The notes under the pieces were generated by a model, which saw only the letters and a program-made list of their open reading frames with translations, had not been told where the DNA came from and ran no database searches. A stretch of DNA of 59,125 nucleotides, counting the filler, from Sphacelaria rigidula (lineage: Eukaryota), in NCBI GenBank assembly GCA_964200075.2. It is 10 parts of 10 records of this genome, joined end to end, with 100 filler letters (N's around TTAATTAATTAA, not from the genome) between each part and the next. Parts side by side here need not be neighbours in the genome. Positions count along the whole stretch, not along the records: positions 11,847 to 17,669 come from CAXNAA020024190.1; positions 17,770 to 23,592 come from CAXNAA020024191.1; positions 23,693 to 29,515 come from CAXNAA020024192.1; 7 more parts are not named here. One strand, given 5' to 3'. Below are positions 12,459 to 25,056 of the stretch, piece by piece. The stretch's first letter is position 1; each line of letters opens with the position of its first letter. Both the position numbers and the translations under genes were made by a program.

Positions 12459-14684
12459 TTAACGGACACCTTCCGTGGTCACTGGTCAACTCAAGAATCC
12501 AAATAGAAATCGCGAAAAAAGACCCAGAAAAATTATCAATATAAATAACACAGGCGCGACAAAATAAAATGTAACACTAAACCCCATAAGATCCGGTGCC
12601 GCGGGCGACCATTCAGACTAACAGAGACTGAGCCCAATACTCCCACCCGACAGGCGAAGCCAAGCAGAGGAACTAGACTCAAACTGAGAAACTACTGGTG
12701 TATTGTTCAATAACACAAGACAGAAGAACTAGAGAACGATTTTAAAATATCCGTAACTTGGAGTATGGCAGACTAGTGCATGGTTCGAGTATGACCAGAG
12801 TCTCGGTATCCACGTGCAGGCGGCTGTTTCTGGTTTTTGGCGCAAACGTCCAAACCGCTGGTTGCAAGGTCTGTCCGGGGTAACCATCAAGCGAGAGCAA
12901 AACATCAGAGGTCGACAAGCACCACCGAAGATATATCATGTCTGCACAGTTAGCTTCGAGCCGTCAGCAGGTTAGAATTGCCTTTGTCAATGTCGCTTTG
13001 TGTGCCTGTGCGCACGTGTGTTCGTAATTGAGGTCATATTTTTGTTCTGTGAAGTGAAGATCATGCGTACCAAGCTCGTACGTTGTTCACCTATAACTAC
13101 GGTTGGGTGTGACAAGTAGAGCTCTTTGCACGCGAGGCATATATGAGGCCTAGTTTAATTTACACCGCAAATTTGGCGCAAAAAGCGACATGAGTGCGCG
13201 CGGCTCGTCGCCGCACTCTGCTGTCCTGCAATGCAGTGTCCTACCTGCTCTCATAGACCATTTAGTTTCTGAACACGAGGCGGTATTGCGCATGATGCGG
13301 TCTATCACTTGTACCTTCACCGTCGCCCTCTTGCGTTTTCGCCTTTAGGATGGGTTGTGAACAGTTCAAATATCAAATTCTTGCGCGCAGGGCTAGATTT
13401 GACGTAGCGCGCAGGGCTAGATTCGGACAAGAGGTAGGGGGCATGTTTGCCTAAATGCTCACGACTGACGATACAACCACTCATGACTCATCTACCGCTA
13501 CAGCTGCTGCTGCTGCTGCTGCTGCTGTGCGCTGACACCGAAATGTGACCATACTTTGTCGGTGCTGTACTGCTGTACGGTGCAGTCAGTACATCACTGT
13601 GCGCCTATGTTCGAACTCATGGATGATCGTTTGCATGCCGCATGTGCAGCCAGGTCATGGCTGCAAACTCTTTAACCAACTCCCCTGCCTTGCTGCAATA
13701 CACAGTAGTCTCAAATTGAACGGGCCCTGGTACCTCAGCACCGTTTTTCGTAGGCCCCAAAACGCAAACGAAATCTCAAAATGGGGGCAACTCCGGAAAA
13801 TCTTTCGCCGTCACATCGGTCTGATTTCTCTAACCCGCACATGACCCCACTTGATTGTCTTCAAGAATGTACAGCAGTGTTTCCCTTCAATGTTTATGGA
13901 CGCGGTGTTTTTGAAGGTTAGACGCCAAGAAAATCCGCACCTCGCTTGTGATGACGCCGAAACTTGGAGGATGTGTTGATTTTCACTAGGGCAAAGTGTC
14001 GGAGCCGCAGCTGTCGCTGCACAAGGAGCTGAGGGCCCGGTCTGCATTGAAACGGTGGATATCATTCTCACCAGATTATATTTTTCTTCATCACCTGCTG
14101 TCTGATGACGATTATAGTACGTACAATTTCGGTCGGGCTCGCAGACCGCAACGGATCCTCCCGGCTTCATCGTCAATCTTCGCCCAGTTAGAGATGAATG
14201 CTCGCAGAAAACCAGAAAAGAAACAGCATCTAGGCCCCACCATATATGTGAGGGTCTAGGCTGAACGTTTGCCGGTCCGAAAAGCTCGACACGTCAAGGG
14301 TAAGCTTCTCTCACGCGACCGCTGCGTCCTGCCATGAACCCTTTCCCACGTACCCGACAAGTGGGCAACATCCTCGTACAGACCGTAGCAATGCTAGCGG
14401 ATTCAAAATCCTGGCAGTCTGGCAGCCGGCAAGGTAGTTATGGCAGTCTCCTAGCGATATCAACTTACAGTGCATTGGAGCAGAGTTCGCAGGTGAAAAT
14501 TTTGGCGATTGCCTCACCTGCAGTTCGCTCACATGTTGCGGATTTTTCCACTATCTCACCGCGCCCGATTCTATGTGAATATGTACCAGACGCTGGACGA
14601 AGATCTACAGTCAGTACGAACACGGTGTTGAAAGTGTACTGCGCACAGTATAAAATATATTGCCGATTATAATTTGTGTAATTC

Positions 14685-15539
14685 CAAGGGGCCCCACATC
14701 GGGAAATCACGGCACCAGGGTCCCCCTTGTCGCCAAAACCTCATTCTGATGCAGGACGAGGGAGGGGATACCCCAATTTTGATGGGGGGTACCCCCTTCA
14801 TCGTTGGATGACGGCGATGGTACTTGCTGTACTGAGATGATGAAAATAAATAATGAATAATAAATAAAAATGCTCATAAAAAACAATATAACACTCCCTC
14901 TGCAACCTATCCATGTGTTGTGTAGCGGTGCAGCATGATGACGACACATAGAGATGTAGGTTGGATGAACGTCGCTGTCTGCTCATACACGGGCAAACTA
15001 CGTGATCATATAAAATTCACCTACCTTTCATTATAGAATATCGTTAGATTTCCGTGCCGGTTGGTGATCCCGAAGTCAGGCTACATCACGAGCACAGCAT
15101 GTATGTTGCACAAGATATTACGTATCATTCGGTAGCAGCCCAGAACTACTCGTCGTACACCGCTCTCCTCAGCATGGCGGCCTTACCACTGCAGCAGCTT
15201 GGCGGAAGAACTATGTCGGTGACCGCCGGTCTCGCCGAAGCTAGCGCACTCAATACTCATCTCATCCAGCGGTCATCGCGACTCCAAAGTCATTTTCTAG
15301 CCGGCAAATTTGCTCCCCTACGGCCACAAGAACGACTAACCCGCCAAACCTCCTCGGTTTTGGGCTGCTAGTGTCAAGGAGGACCCTAGGTGATACGATT
15401 GATCGTTGAATTCCGTACATTTGTTGAGAAACGGGAAGAATAAGCTTTTTGCACAGCTGATGTGGTCATTTCTTCATTCTCCATCCCTTGGGGGGGGGGG
15501 GGGGGCTGGTGCCGTGATTTCCTGATGTGGGGCCCCTTG
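14685..15539. mobile_element. Non-autonomous TIR element with 33-bp TIRs and a 7-bp TSD (P-superfamily-like)
   Basis: TIR CAAGGGGCCCCACATC(G/A)GGAAATCACGGCACCA with 1 mismatch; GTAATTC at both 14678-14684 and 15540-15546. Confidence 0.82.
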
Positions 15540-17557
15540 GTAATTCTCGTACCTCAAGTCGGTAAATGCAACGCTACACTTGGAGACAACAGTGTGTAAA
15601 AACCTCCAGGGTGCGAAATGCTACCGGCTGCCTTCGCGCCATAGCGGCTGTGGTACCATACAGCTTCGCCCAAGATACAGGCAGCAATTACAGCAGCAGA
15701 GGCGGCATTTCACTCCTGCGTGCGCAACCCGGGGCAAACGCATGCTGTAGCTGCAATACGGAGAGCTTTACAAAATGTGTCGTTGCGATATAGGCCGTAG
15801 CTAGGGGTGATATCCCGCGTGCATGATGTGGCGAAATACATAGCACAGCGCGAAATCAATGCAGCACAGGTATAGGCTGAGGATGTGGCGTTCTGCGGTG
15901 TGCTTTGTCACCCTGCACCCTGCCGCTGTGCAGTGAGTAGGTAGTACCACCGAAGGCGTGTTGGTACGCAGTGACGAACACAGCAGCAGTTTCATATTAC
16001 ATCTACAAGAGACAAGGATGTGTGTTTCAAGACCGATGCGCGCAGAGTGGGGCCCGCATCTAGAGAACCCTGAACCAACCCGCCCTGTTCTAGCGGATAC
16101 AGACATATTTCCAGCAAAAACCGCTTGCGACATGTGATGTAACGAATCTCATGCGTCATGCAGCTTTCTCCCATGTGGAGCATCGCCCGTGAAGCGAGCT
16201 GTCAAAGCTAACAGTGCCCAACCCTCTTCCCACAATGACCTCATGTCTGAGCTTGAGATAATTAAAACTGCAGAACGTGACTTCAGCTGGTAAAATATAC
16301 ACCCCACGGTGACGAAAGTGTCCGTAACATTGAAAAGGAATAACACGGTGTACCTAAGCTTTTTGTTGAAGGAAATCTGCTGTGAAAAAATGAGCAAGTG
16401 AAAATCGCCGTAAGCTACACAACGATATTCGAGTCAGACTCAGTTTTCAAGTGAAAGAAATGTGATGTCGGTTCAGCAAATGGGCACTCCTGACCAATCG
16501 AAGGGCTAACCCTTTCAGCGCCCGGCGGCCCACTGCGATTTAGAGTCCCACCAGTCTTTTGGAGAGCGGCAATAGCAATGAAAATTGCTTGGATCCTATT
16601 GGTCGAAAATAAAATAATAACTAAATTATGCGAAATCCTGTTGGTGCCGGAGCGTTGTGCTATGGTCTTCCTCGTCTACGCTATGAATATACTCCGTAGG
16701 CCTGTCAGGAACCGCACCAGACCGCCGCCACTAAAACGGCCAACCCGTTGATGATATCGGAGAGTTCGGGATCTTCACTGTAGAAGTGATACACATTTTA
16801 AAAAAACGCACAATGTGGCGCAGGCCATGCCTTGGCGACACAGGAGGGAAACGCAAAAAAGGAATTTGAACAAAAATTTGCCTGCCCACGAGTATCATTT
16901 GGGATTCGTCGAGTATGTCCTGTGGCGCCGATACAAGTGGGGTAAAATAGTAGGCTCAATCACGGATTGTTCACCGATCCACAGACGTCGGAGAAAAGCG
17001 TCTCCCGTGATAGTGTCGGATGAAACGAAACGATGGAGAAGAATCTTCCGAATACCCGGGCTGGAAATAACCCGTCCGATCCGTCTGTGGCCATCCCACC
17101 CCTTTTAGCGCCTGCGGCCAACTGGCGGATCTGACAGTACCGCCGAATATAGGGGATGGCAATAATCAAAGCGTAGATATCCACTGATTGGCCGTCCGGG
17201 CTTGACAGAACTCCATTCGAGTGCTTGTCTTGACCTACAGGATAACAGCCCCGACATGGCTGACAGGGCGAATTGGGGGTCTTTGTAGGCCGTGTCTGCC
17301 GAAGGCTCAGCCATAAAATACCCGCCGATGGAACGATGGAAGCAGGGGTTCGTGGGAATGGCAAAGCTCACCGCTGCGGTTCCATGCGTGTTGCTCGTGT
17401 GTGTGTGTGTGTGCGTGTGCGTGTGTGTGCGTGTGTGTCAACTTGTGCCGACCCTGCTCATTCAGCTGTGGGAGAGAATGCTCCGCAGGTATGATCTTTC
17501 GAGCAGAATAAAAACGACACCTCACTACACCCGCACCTGCCGCCCGCAGCACGGACG

Positions 17558-17594
<37 letters not shown>

Positions 17595-17855
17595 ACCCCC
17601 CCCCCCCCCCCCGACCCCGCCGCGAGGGGAGGGGTCGGAAGCGCGGGAGGCGGGTGTCCTACAAAAAAANNNNNNNNNNNNNNNNNNNNNNNNNNNNNNN
17701 NNNNNNNNNNNNNTTAATTAATTAANNNNNNNNNNNNNNNNNNNNNNNNNNNNNNNNNNNNNNNNNNNNACCATGTGGTTGACACCCTTAGCTAAAGGCA
17801 TTGGAAGCACCGCGGAGTTTCTTCTTCGGGAAGTATGTCGCCCCCCCCCCCCCCC

Positions 17856-17927
17856 GTGCTTCGTCCCGGCTTTGTAGGGATGCGAGGTCAATAGGCTTAT
17901 GTCTGTGGCATGCATAATCATGAGTAC
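17856..17927 (+). mobile_element. C-tract-associated retroposon family 1, short 5'-truncated copy; other copies at ~21900-22200 (+), ~25485-25592 (+), 27203-27650 (+), ~54366-54460 (-)
   Basis: Shared core CCCGGCTTTGTAGGGATGCGAGGTCAAT...ATCATGAGTAC followed by a C-run; variable 5' ends. Confidence 0.75.
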
Positions 17928-18478
17928 ACCACCCCCCACCCCCCCTCCCGGGCAGAAATATGTTGGGCTCGATTCTCCGGATAATTCACAGTTTCTTCAC
18001 AATTTAAGACAGCACATATCTTCTCAGCGGTGTGTGAAGTGTAGTCGGAGATCACTCAGAGGCATTCGGACATGGAAGCGTAAGTATTCTTGCGAAGGAA
18101 CGCTACATCGGGTAGAACTTCAGAGTCCTTGCAAGCGTATTTTTTTTATTCACAACCATTTGCCGGGACGATGGCTAACCGGAGTGCGTTTAACGAACGC
18201 GCTTGAGCGTCATGACTTCATTTGGAATAATTTCTTCGGCTCTTCCTTTACGTCGGGGAACCTGACGCACTAGTGACCAGCTTCTGCTTGCTCTCGAGAA
18301 TTACCCCCAATCATCACATGGCGTGTATGCCGTTGTCGACAACGTCTGACCTCATGTAGAGTTGTATCGATTTTGTTTTATTTCAAAGCCCCTTTTTTCC
18401 CGTCATACTTCAGTGTAGCAAGCCCATGACGCAACACAATGTTTCAACGTTGTGATTGCAAATTTCTACATACTGGTT

Positions 18479-18729
18479 GCCCCGGTGGCTCAGTTGATAA
18501 CCTCGAAACCTTACGACGGTCGAGACTTGGGTTCGAATCTCGGCGAAGTCACACGATCTGGGCTTTTCCCTCACATCATGCCCAACAGTGGAGAGCGACT
18601 ATTGTCACACAAAACGCGACGTCACGGTTGACGAGGGAAAGGGACCGCTGAACCCTTAATCCCTCTCGCGATACCGGGTAGGTGAGCACCGCGTGCAGAA
18701 TAGATGGGATGGCAAGACACGCTCACACA
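18479..18729 (+). mobile_element. tRNA-derived SINE
   Basis: A box TGGCTCAGTTG and B box GGTTCGAATC. Body and tail (GACGAGGGA..GGGACCGC, GAATAGATGG.ATGGCA + CA-rich tail) are shared with ~52030-52272. Confidence 0.65.
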
Positions 18730-19252
18730 TGCATGGGTTGATTTTGCTATATAGGCTAAAATTAGCTGACTGTACTCATTGTTGACGATACACGAAGGAG
18801 GGGCAGTCAGGTAGTGCCGTGTATGCCACGGCATATTTGTTTTTCTCCGACCCCTCCCCGTCCTCGGAACGCATCCGCAGTCTCAAGCTATCATCAATCC
18901 ATGTCTATCTCCCCCCCTGCTACGGTACGACGGTGGAATGACTCTTCAGTACAGACCAAGAAAAAGTGCCGAGCATTCTAGTGTACCGGAAAACATTGAG
19001 CGGAAGCCGTACCTTACCGTACCTTGAACTGACCACCCTTGACCACTCCTACGCGGGTATATGGTGAAGGCAGCACCCAGTCGTCTAACACACAACACAG
19101 GATTTGACGTTATGTCAGTTAGTCTACATACATTGTGTTACTCCTTTTGTGGTTCCCTTCTGTTCTGTTTCGCTTATTTTCTGCTGCGAGTGTTTCTAGT
19201 GCCCTCGCTTTGCTTTGGGTACGTCCTATATTATATTGTAACCACTCGGTGC

Positions 19253-19635
19253 GCCCCGGTGGTCTAGTGGTCCGACTGTGAGCACTAGAGTGAACAAAAC
19301 GTGGGTTCGATTTTCGCCAGATGCCTTGAGTTTTTCCTTTGATACGGTATCTGATTACCACCGTTGAAAGCGCGAGGACTTGAGTAGACGGGGAAGTAGG
19401 GGACTGAGTTTTGTTTTACGAGAGTTGACACGGTGCGGGAGTGCCGACCCAATCCGCGAGACCAGTGTGCAAAGCGTTTGCCGGGTGAGAGATGGGTTGA
19501 TCCCTTGAGACCACGGAGTCGTCCTGAGGAAGGGGAGAAGTTGAGAGTGCGACAAAAGAAAAAACATGGCTGGGTATGTGAATGTGGAGTACGACATGGT
19601 CAATGTGCGACGACTAAACCATTTCATCACACACT
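19253..19635 (+). mobile_element. tRNA-derived SINE (second family)
   Basis: Starts GCCCCGG TGGTCTAGTGG (A box), has GGTTCGATT (B box) at 19304 and a CA-rich end; no full cloverleaf. Confidence 0.55.
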
Positions 19636-19852
19636 CATAAACAGCACGCAGGATCACACACACTGATTGGCAAAGCCTGTTTGATCGCGATCACCTTAAA
19701 ATGGGGGGTATTGGTATGGTGGGTGTGTTATGCGTTGGGATCTTGCATTTTGTTTCGACCGCGATTCTGAATAAGAGGGCAAAGGTGAAAGCATTTTAGA
19801 AATATGAGTTTTCGTGACTCGTTCTACACGGTGTTTTTGTCGATGACACCAG

Positions 19853-19982
19853 GTGGTTAGCGAATAGCCGCTTGCTGCAACACCGGTCACACAGCGTGGA
19901 GCAAGAGGTGGAGTGGATGTATGCGTTGGATATCCACAGCAACTCGTTCTTCCCTCTCTTCGTACTGCTGTATGTCGTACAG
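19853..19982 (+). CDS. UNC50: UNC-50 family (GMH1) membrane protein, internal exon
   Basis: cag|g WLANSRLLQHRSHSVEQEVEWMYALDIHSNSFFPLFVLLYVVQ|gtgcgt matches the UNC-50 motif VEW.Y.FD.H.N.FFP.F..LYV.Q. Confidence 0.9.
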
Positions 19983-20889
19983 GTGCGTATGTCTCTATAG
20001 ATTATGACAGTACATGATGTATATGGTAACATAGAAGGACAGACCAGGGTTATCTGCCCACAACATCTCTTTCATTCTTCTCTTGGTGCTGCCGTACGCC
20101 GCACAGGTGTGTACTCTTCTTTGAATTGTGATACTTTGTGATTTACTTCCCTAAACCATGACAATATATGATGCAGGCGAGTGTTTTATGTCCACTGAAA
20201 CTCTCTCGCTCTTCTCTTCGTACTGCTGTACGCCATGCGGGTGTGCGTTGAAATGCGAGGTTACCCCGTACTTCACCCAATGTATGTCGCTGACGTCACT
20301 ACACTCGCCTCCGGCGGGTTATTGCCAATACCGGCGATTATTCAGAGCGAATACGAGGTCGGTTGGATGTCACGCTTACAGTGATTTCAAGAGTTATGGG
20401 TCCGAATGGGGGGCCTTACGACCTAAAGTCCACCCGACAAAAGGAATAGTAATGAACATGGAGGAACCATGAACACGTCAGTAGGTGGCCGAACCTGTGC
20501 CGAGGCTCTCACGGACAGAACACACACGTAATCACTTATTAACTTGGTTTACTATGGAACAGCTGTAGCACTCGAGGTCGCGCGGTTCTCGACACAGAAA
20601 GCAAGCCGGCCCACGGCACTTCATAGCCCTCCGCATATGCACAACAGCTAGGGAACCTGTTCACACATTTTGCTCAAGTCGCGACATTGGACCGGAAAAG
20701 CCCCCCAAAAGCCGGAAACGGGTTACTTTCGTATATTACGGGTTTTTACGGCTTAGTATCACCCGCAAACGCATCAAAGTAACTTGCGGACCTAGCTTGG
20801 GTGTGTGGGAAGCGCACGCAAGAAGCCGGAGTCCAATCCTCCTCTTCGTTGCCAAGACCTAAGCGTTGCACGATCAGCACAACAACATA

Positions 20890-21445
20890 CAGTAGTGGGC
20901 GGTCCAAGTATTCAAGTGTGTTTTGGGGTTTTCCCCGCGTACTACTCTTCGATAAATCTCGTAATTGCTAGCGTCGGCAGATTTTGACACTAATAAACAC
21001 ATCATCTTCGGAATACAGTGCCCAAGTCAGTATTAGTTGGTGTTATCAGGCGGAACGAGTAAATGCCCCCGTTCATCAGGAGGGTGTTATTATTGACCGT
21101 GAAACACAGGTTTTCGGCCCTAGTGCACTGAGTAGGCAGACTATAAAAAAAATGAAACTGTACATTTCTTTGAAAATATGATCGGGACGGGCTCGATCGA
21201 CCGAAAAATACAGAAGAGTAACAACCTGGGCTGAAACGTGGCAGGACCCCCGATGACCGGTCAGCCCGTAAGCCACTCAATATTGAGTACAGGTGATTTT
21301 TTCTCCTTGGAATGTGGAGCAGATACCAATATCTTCAGATCCCCGATTTGATGAGGGATGGCGAGCGAAAAAAGTCCAAGAAAATCCACAATTACGAAAA
21401 AATCACAAAATGCCACAAAGTGAATAGTTAGAGCACCCACTACTG
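20890..21445. mobile_element. ~555-bp Tc1/mariner-type MITE (copy 1)
   Basis: TA|CAGTAGTGGGCGGTC...CCCACTACTG|TA; homologous along its length to 24504-25056 and 50572-51127. Confidence 0.88.
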
Positions 21446-22213
21446 TAGTGCAACAATAGGGGCACAGCAACATCACAAGCAGCATTTTCTATCCTCCTGT
21501 TGTTGTGACCCTGTGTACAGGTGTACAACAACGTTAGTCACACGCTTGTTGTAGAATGTACTACAATAATAGTTTAATAGTACATTTGTATGAGCGTGAG
21601 CGTCCTTTCGAGGTGACGCGTGTATTTTTTATTGATATGGTTCGCCCGATTACGATCCAGTTATTACGCACCCAGCGGTCGGGGCGAACTTTCCCGATGT
21701 ATAGTACGCCAAATCGGCCCCCACTCCGACCCATAGCAGTGGTGTCGATACTCTCAACAATTCAGACATTGTTCAAGCGCCCGTCCTTGATTGTGTTCCT
21801 CGGTTGAACTTTTGGCTTATTTCTGGGACAGAACCCCACCGAGTTCCCTCTTTTTGTTGTGGTCGCCATCGTTCTCACCTACTCTCTCCACCCCCATGGT
21901 GAGATACCCATGAGGCAGTCAGTGTGACCCGTCGCTTGTGTCTGGAAGTGGCGATTCACTAGAAAAGAAGGTAACTCGGTCGAGGATGTCAACCATATGC
22001 AAGATAATTAGTACGCTTCGGACCGAACAATCTTAGTAGGATACGGGTCATCCTTTATGCGGCTCGCCGAACACGCCACGTCGCCTCGTGCTTGGTGATT
22101 GCGAGGCCTGGTACGGCGAAAATCCGGCGTGCTTCGTCCCGGCTTCGTAGGGATGAGAGGTCGATGATGTTATGACTACGGCATGTAGAATCATGAGTAC
22201 TTCACCCCCCCCG

Positions 22214-22281
<68 letters not shown>

Positions 22282-22590
22282 TCTTCTNNNNNNNNNNGTT
22301 ATTGTCTTGCTTTTCGTAATTATGGGTACTCTTCTCCCCCCCCCCCCCCCCCCCCCCCTCTCCCACGCTTCTGTGCCGTCTGCCGTAAAACTTGTCTATC
22401 TCTCTTTGCCTTTGCCTTTCTGCTTCTGTCTGCTTCTGTCTGCTTCTGCCTATTTGCCCTTTTTCTCTTTGTCTCTACCGCCCGTCTGTCTTTGGCCCTG
22501 TCTCTTGTCCATGTGCTGCTGATGTGTTGTGACGGCGCTGATGGAACAAAACACCATATAAACAATCATGGATGATGACGACAACAACAG

Positions 22591-22705
22591 TTGTTACTGC
22601 TTCCGGTGCTGCTGGGCAAGTCCTTATGGGCCATGATCCTGTCGAACGCACTCTATGCCCTGGGGTTCTCGGTCTATTTTTACGTCACACATCTCGGCTA
22701 CCGAT
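22591..22705 (+). CDS. UNC50: UNC-50 family protein, next exon
   Basis: cag|LLLLPVLLGKSLWAMILSNALYALGFSVYFYVTHLGYR t|gtaagt. In phase with the previous exon and matches the UNC-50 LSN.LY...Y.Y.TFLGY region; same contig. Confidence 0.88.
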
Positions 22706-23472
22706 GTAAGTCATCATCCACATATAACACATTCTCTGTACAGCAACCTCGACCTGTCGTTAGATATGTGGTGACCGACAGTTGTGGGAGGCAGCGTAGT
22801 ATTCAAAATGGCGGCAATATCTCTCTTGCGGTTTTTGGCAAGGGCTTGTCGGGTTTGTTTCCGCCTGACTGGTGCAAGTTCCCGGCCTGGCTTAGGGCCG
22901 ATAACAATTCACTCCCGTGTTGAGAGTGTCTGTAGAAACATATATCATTTTGTCGAACTTTCGTTTCTCTTGTTTGGCAAATAAGTGAGCTCCCCGCCCT
23001 GGACCCCATGATTCTGATTGTCTAATGGCGCTAAACATTATTTCATGCTTTCAAAAAAGTCTCGAAAGACGCAAGAGTTCATGTTTTCGAAATCGCCATA
23101 TTATCTTTCACTCTGTCAGTTGGCATCAGTATGACGGGGTTCGGGATGAAGACGAATGAGCCATATGAGACAAAACACCGGCTTGATAAACATTTACAGT
23201 TTTTTTCGCAAACACTCGTTTTTCATTTGTCGTGTACCCTTTTATTTCCGTTTTTGCACCTTTTGTCTGTGGACTCTAGCCATCATTATTACCCAAGGTT
23301 AGGGGCATTTGTAGGTGGAGTTGCGGGTCTGATTGCCGGACTCTGTGATGGTGACCTCCATGACGAGTAGAGCCGGTTTTGCTACTCTGGTGGAGAGCGG
23401 CTATGGTCCTGTTCTCCTGTACAATGCTGAGGGTTAATATATGAATAAGTAAAGCTGCTGAAGTCCATGTGA

Positions 23473-23592
23473 CCGTGATGGGAGGAGTCCACATGGCAAT
23501 CTGATCTTGAGTGACAGAAGTCTACAATGAACGTTCATTGTAGACTTCTGTCACTCAAGATCAGATTGCCATGTGGACTCCTCCCATCACGG
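23473..23592. repeat. 120-bp perfect spacer-less palindrome at the contig end
   Basis: Two 60-bp arms centred on AACGTT (23530-23535); the right arm ends exactly at the contig terminus. Confidence 0.9.
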
Positions 23593-23966
23593 NNNNNNNN
23601 NNNNNNNNNNNNNNNNNNNNNNNNNNNNNNNNNNNNTTAATTAATTAANNNNNNNNNNNNNNNNNNNNNNNNNNNNNNNNNNNNNNNNNNNNCCGGCCCC
23701 CTCCAGGTTGCGGTGGGGTGGGTGGGGGGGGGGGGGGGGGGGGGGGTATTTTGGGGCATTTCTTCCACGAACCTCCACTTCAAATAGTCGTTGAAAGCAG
23801 CAACGGTTGTTCAAGAGCGCTTGTTACCTTTAGATATAACGCTTATTGATACCGATTGACTCCGTTTTGACCTATATACAAGTGCACCGCGAGTGTGTTA
23901 GGTCGTCTGACACACCCGTGAGCCCCTCTTCTCGTGGAAGCCAATATCCCCCCCCCCTATCGTAGC

Positions 23967-24033
23967 TGCTCCGTCTCGAAAGGGATGCGTGGTCAATGGT
24001 CAAATGACTAAGGCAAGCAACAAATGAGTACGC
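23967..24033 (+). mobile_element. C-tract-associated retroposon family 2 (LINE-like 3' end) with a 19-bp TSD
   Basis: CCCCCCCCCCTATCGTAGC at 23948-23966 and 24034-24052. The insert reads APSRKGCVVNGQMTKASNK* then GTACG. Confidence 0.85.
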
Positions 24034-24503
24034 CCCCCCCCCCTATCGTAGCGTACCCCCGTATCGTAGCATGGCTCTCACGTCCACGTCGCGTCTCTAC
24101 ACACTCCGTACCCTTTCACCGGGTGAGGAACTGCAAGCTGCACCCACCCACGTCTGGGTTAGATGAGCCACACCCGCTGTCCGCACGCCTGTGTCTTGTA
24201 TACATATTATACCTCTAACGGCTTGTACGGATCTGCTGGACCGGTGCGCTATACCGCAGGGGACAAGGAGACGGACGCTGCGGCTGCCGCTGGTAACTGC
24301 TTTCATTCTCATGTTTAGCACACTCTGGATGATGGCAATGCTTTCTATTGTCAAAAAGTGTACTGCGTACAGTATCGACTATTGCGCTTATTGCAACAAA
24401 CAATGGAATCCATATTGTACGCAGTACATTTTGTGACAAAATACAATTTTGTCATTATCCAGGGTGTGACGTTCAGCGCCCTCGTTTATATTCTTATATA
24501 ATA

Positions 24504-25056
24504 CAGTGGTGAGCGGCCTAACTATTTGGGGGTGTTTTGGGTATTTCCTCACGTATTACTCTTCGGTAGAACTCGGAATTGCTAGCGTCGGTAGATTTTG
24601 GTACAATAAATAGATCATCCTCGAAACATAGTACCCACGTCAGTGTCAGCTGGTGTTACCGGGCGAAACGAGTAAATACCCCGTTTATCAGAAGGGTATT
24701 ATTGACCGTGAAACACAGTTTTTCGGCCCTGGTGCAATGGGTAGGCAGGATTTCGAAAAAATAAAACTGTACATTTCTTGACAAATAAATATGATCGGGA
24801 CAGGTGTGATCGACCGAAAATACAGAGGAGTGAGAATCTGGGCTGAAACGTGGCAGGACCCCCGATGACCGGTCAGGCCGTAAGTCACTCAATATTGAGT
24901 GCAGATGATTTTTTTTCTTGGAATGTCGAGCGGTTACAAATATCTTCAGATCCCCGATGTGATGAGCGGTGGCAAGCGAAAATCGCCCGAGAAAATCGCC
25001 AATTACGAAAAAATCACAAAATGCCACAAAATGATTAGTTAGACCGCCCACTACTG
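24504..25056. mobile_element. ~555-bp Tc1/mariner-type MITE (copy 2)
   Basis: TA|CAGTGGTGAGCGGCCTAACTA...TAGTTAGACCGCCCACTACTG|TA. Confidence 0.88.

Noticed and set aside
12742..12941. Minus-strand ORF after a good acceptor (ctaactgtgcag)
   Set aside because: No recognisable homology and no partner exon.
17328..17488. Possible small exons (ATG at 17328; cag|CTGTGGGAGAGAATGCTCCGCAG|gtatga at 17466-17488)
   Set aside because: The splice signals are plausible but the peptide is too short to identify, and it cannot be joined to UNC-50, which is on another contig.
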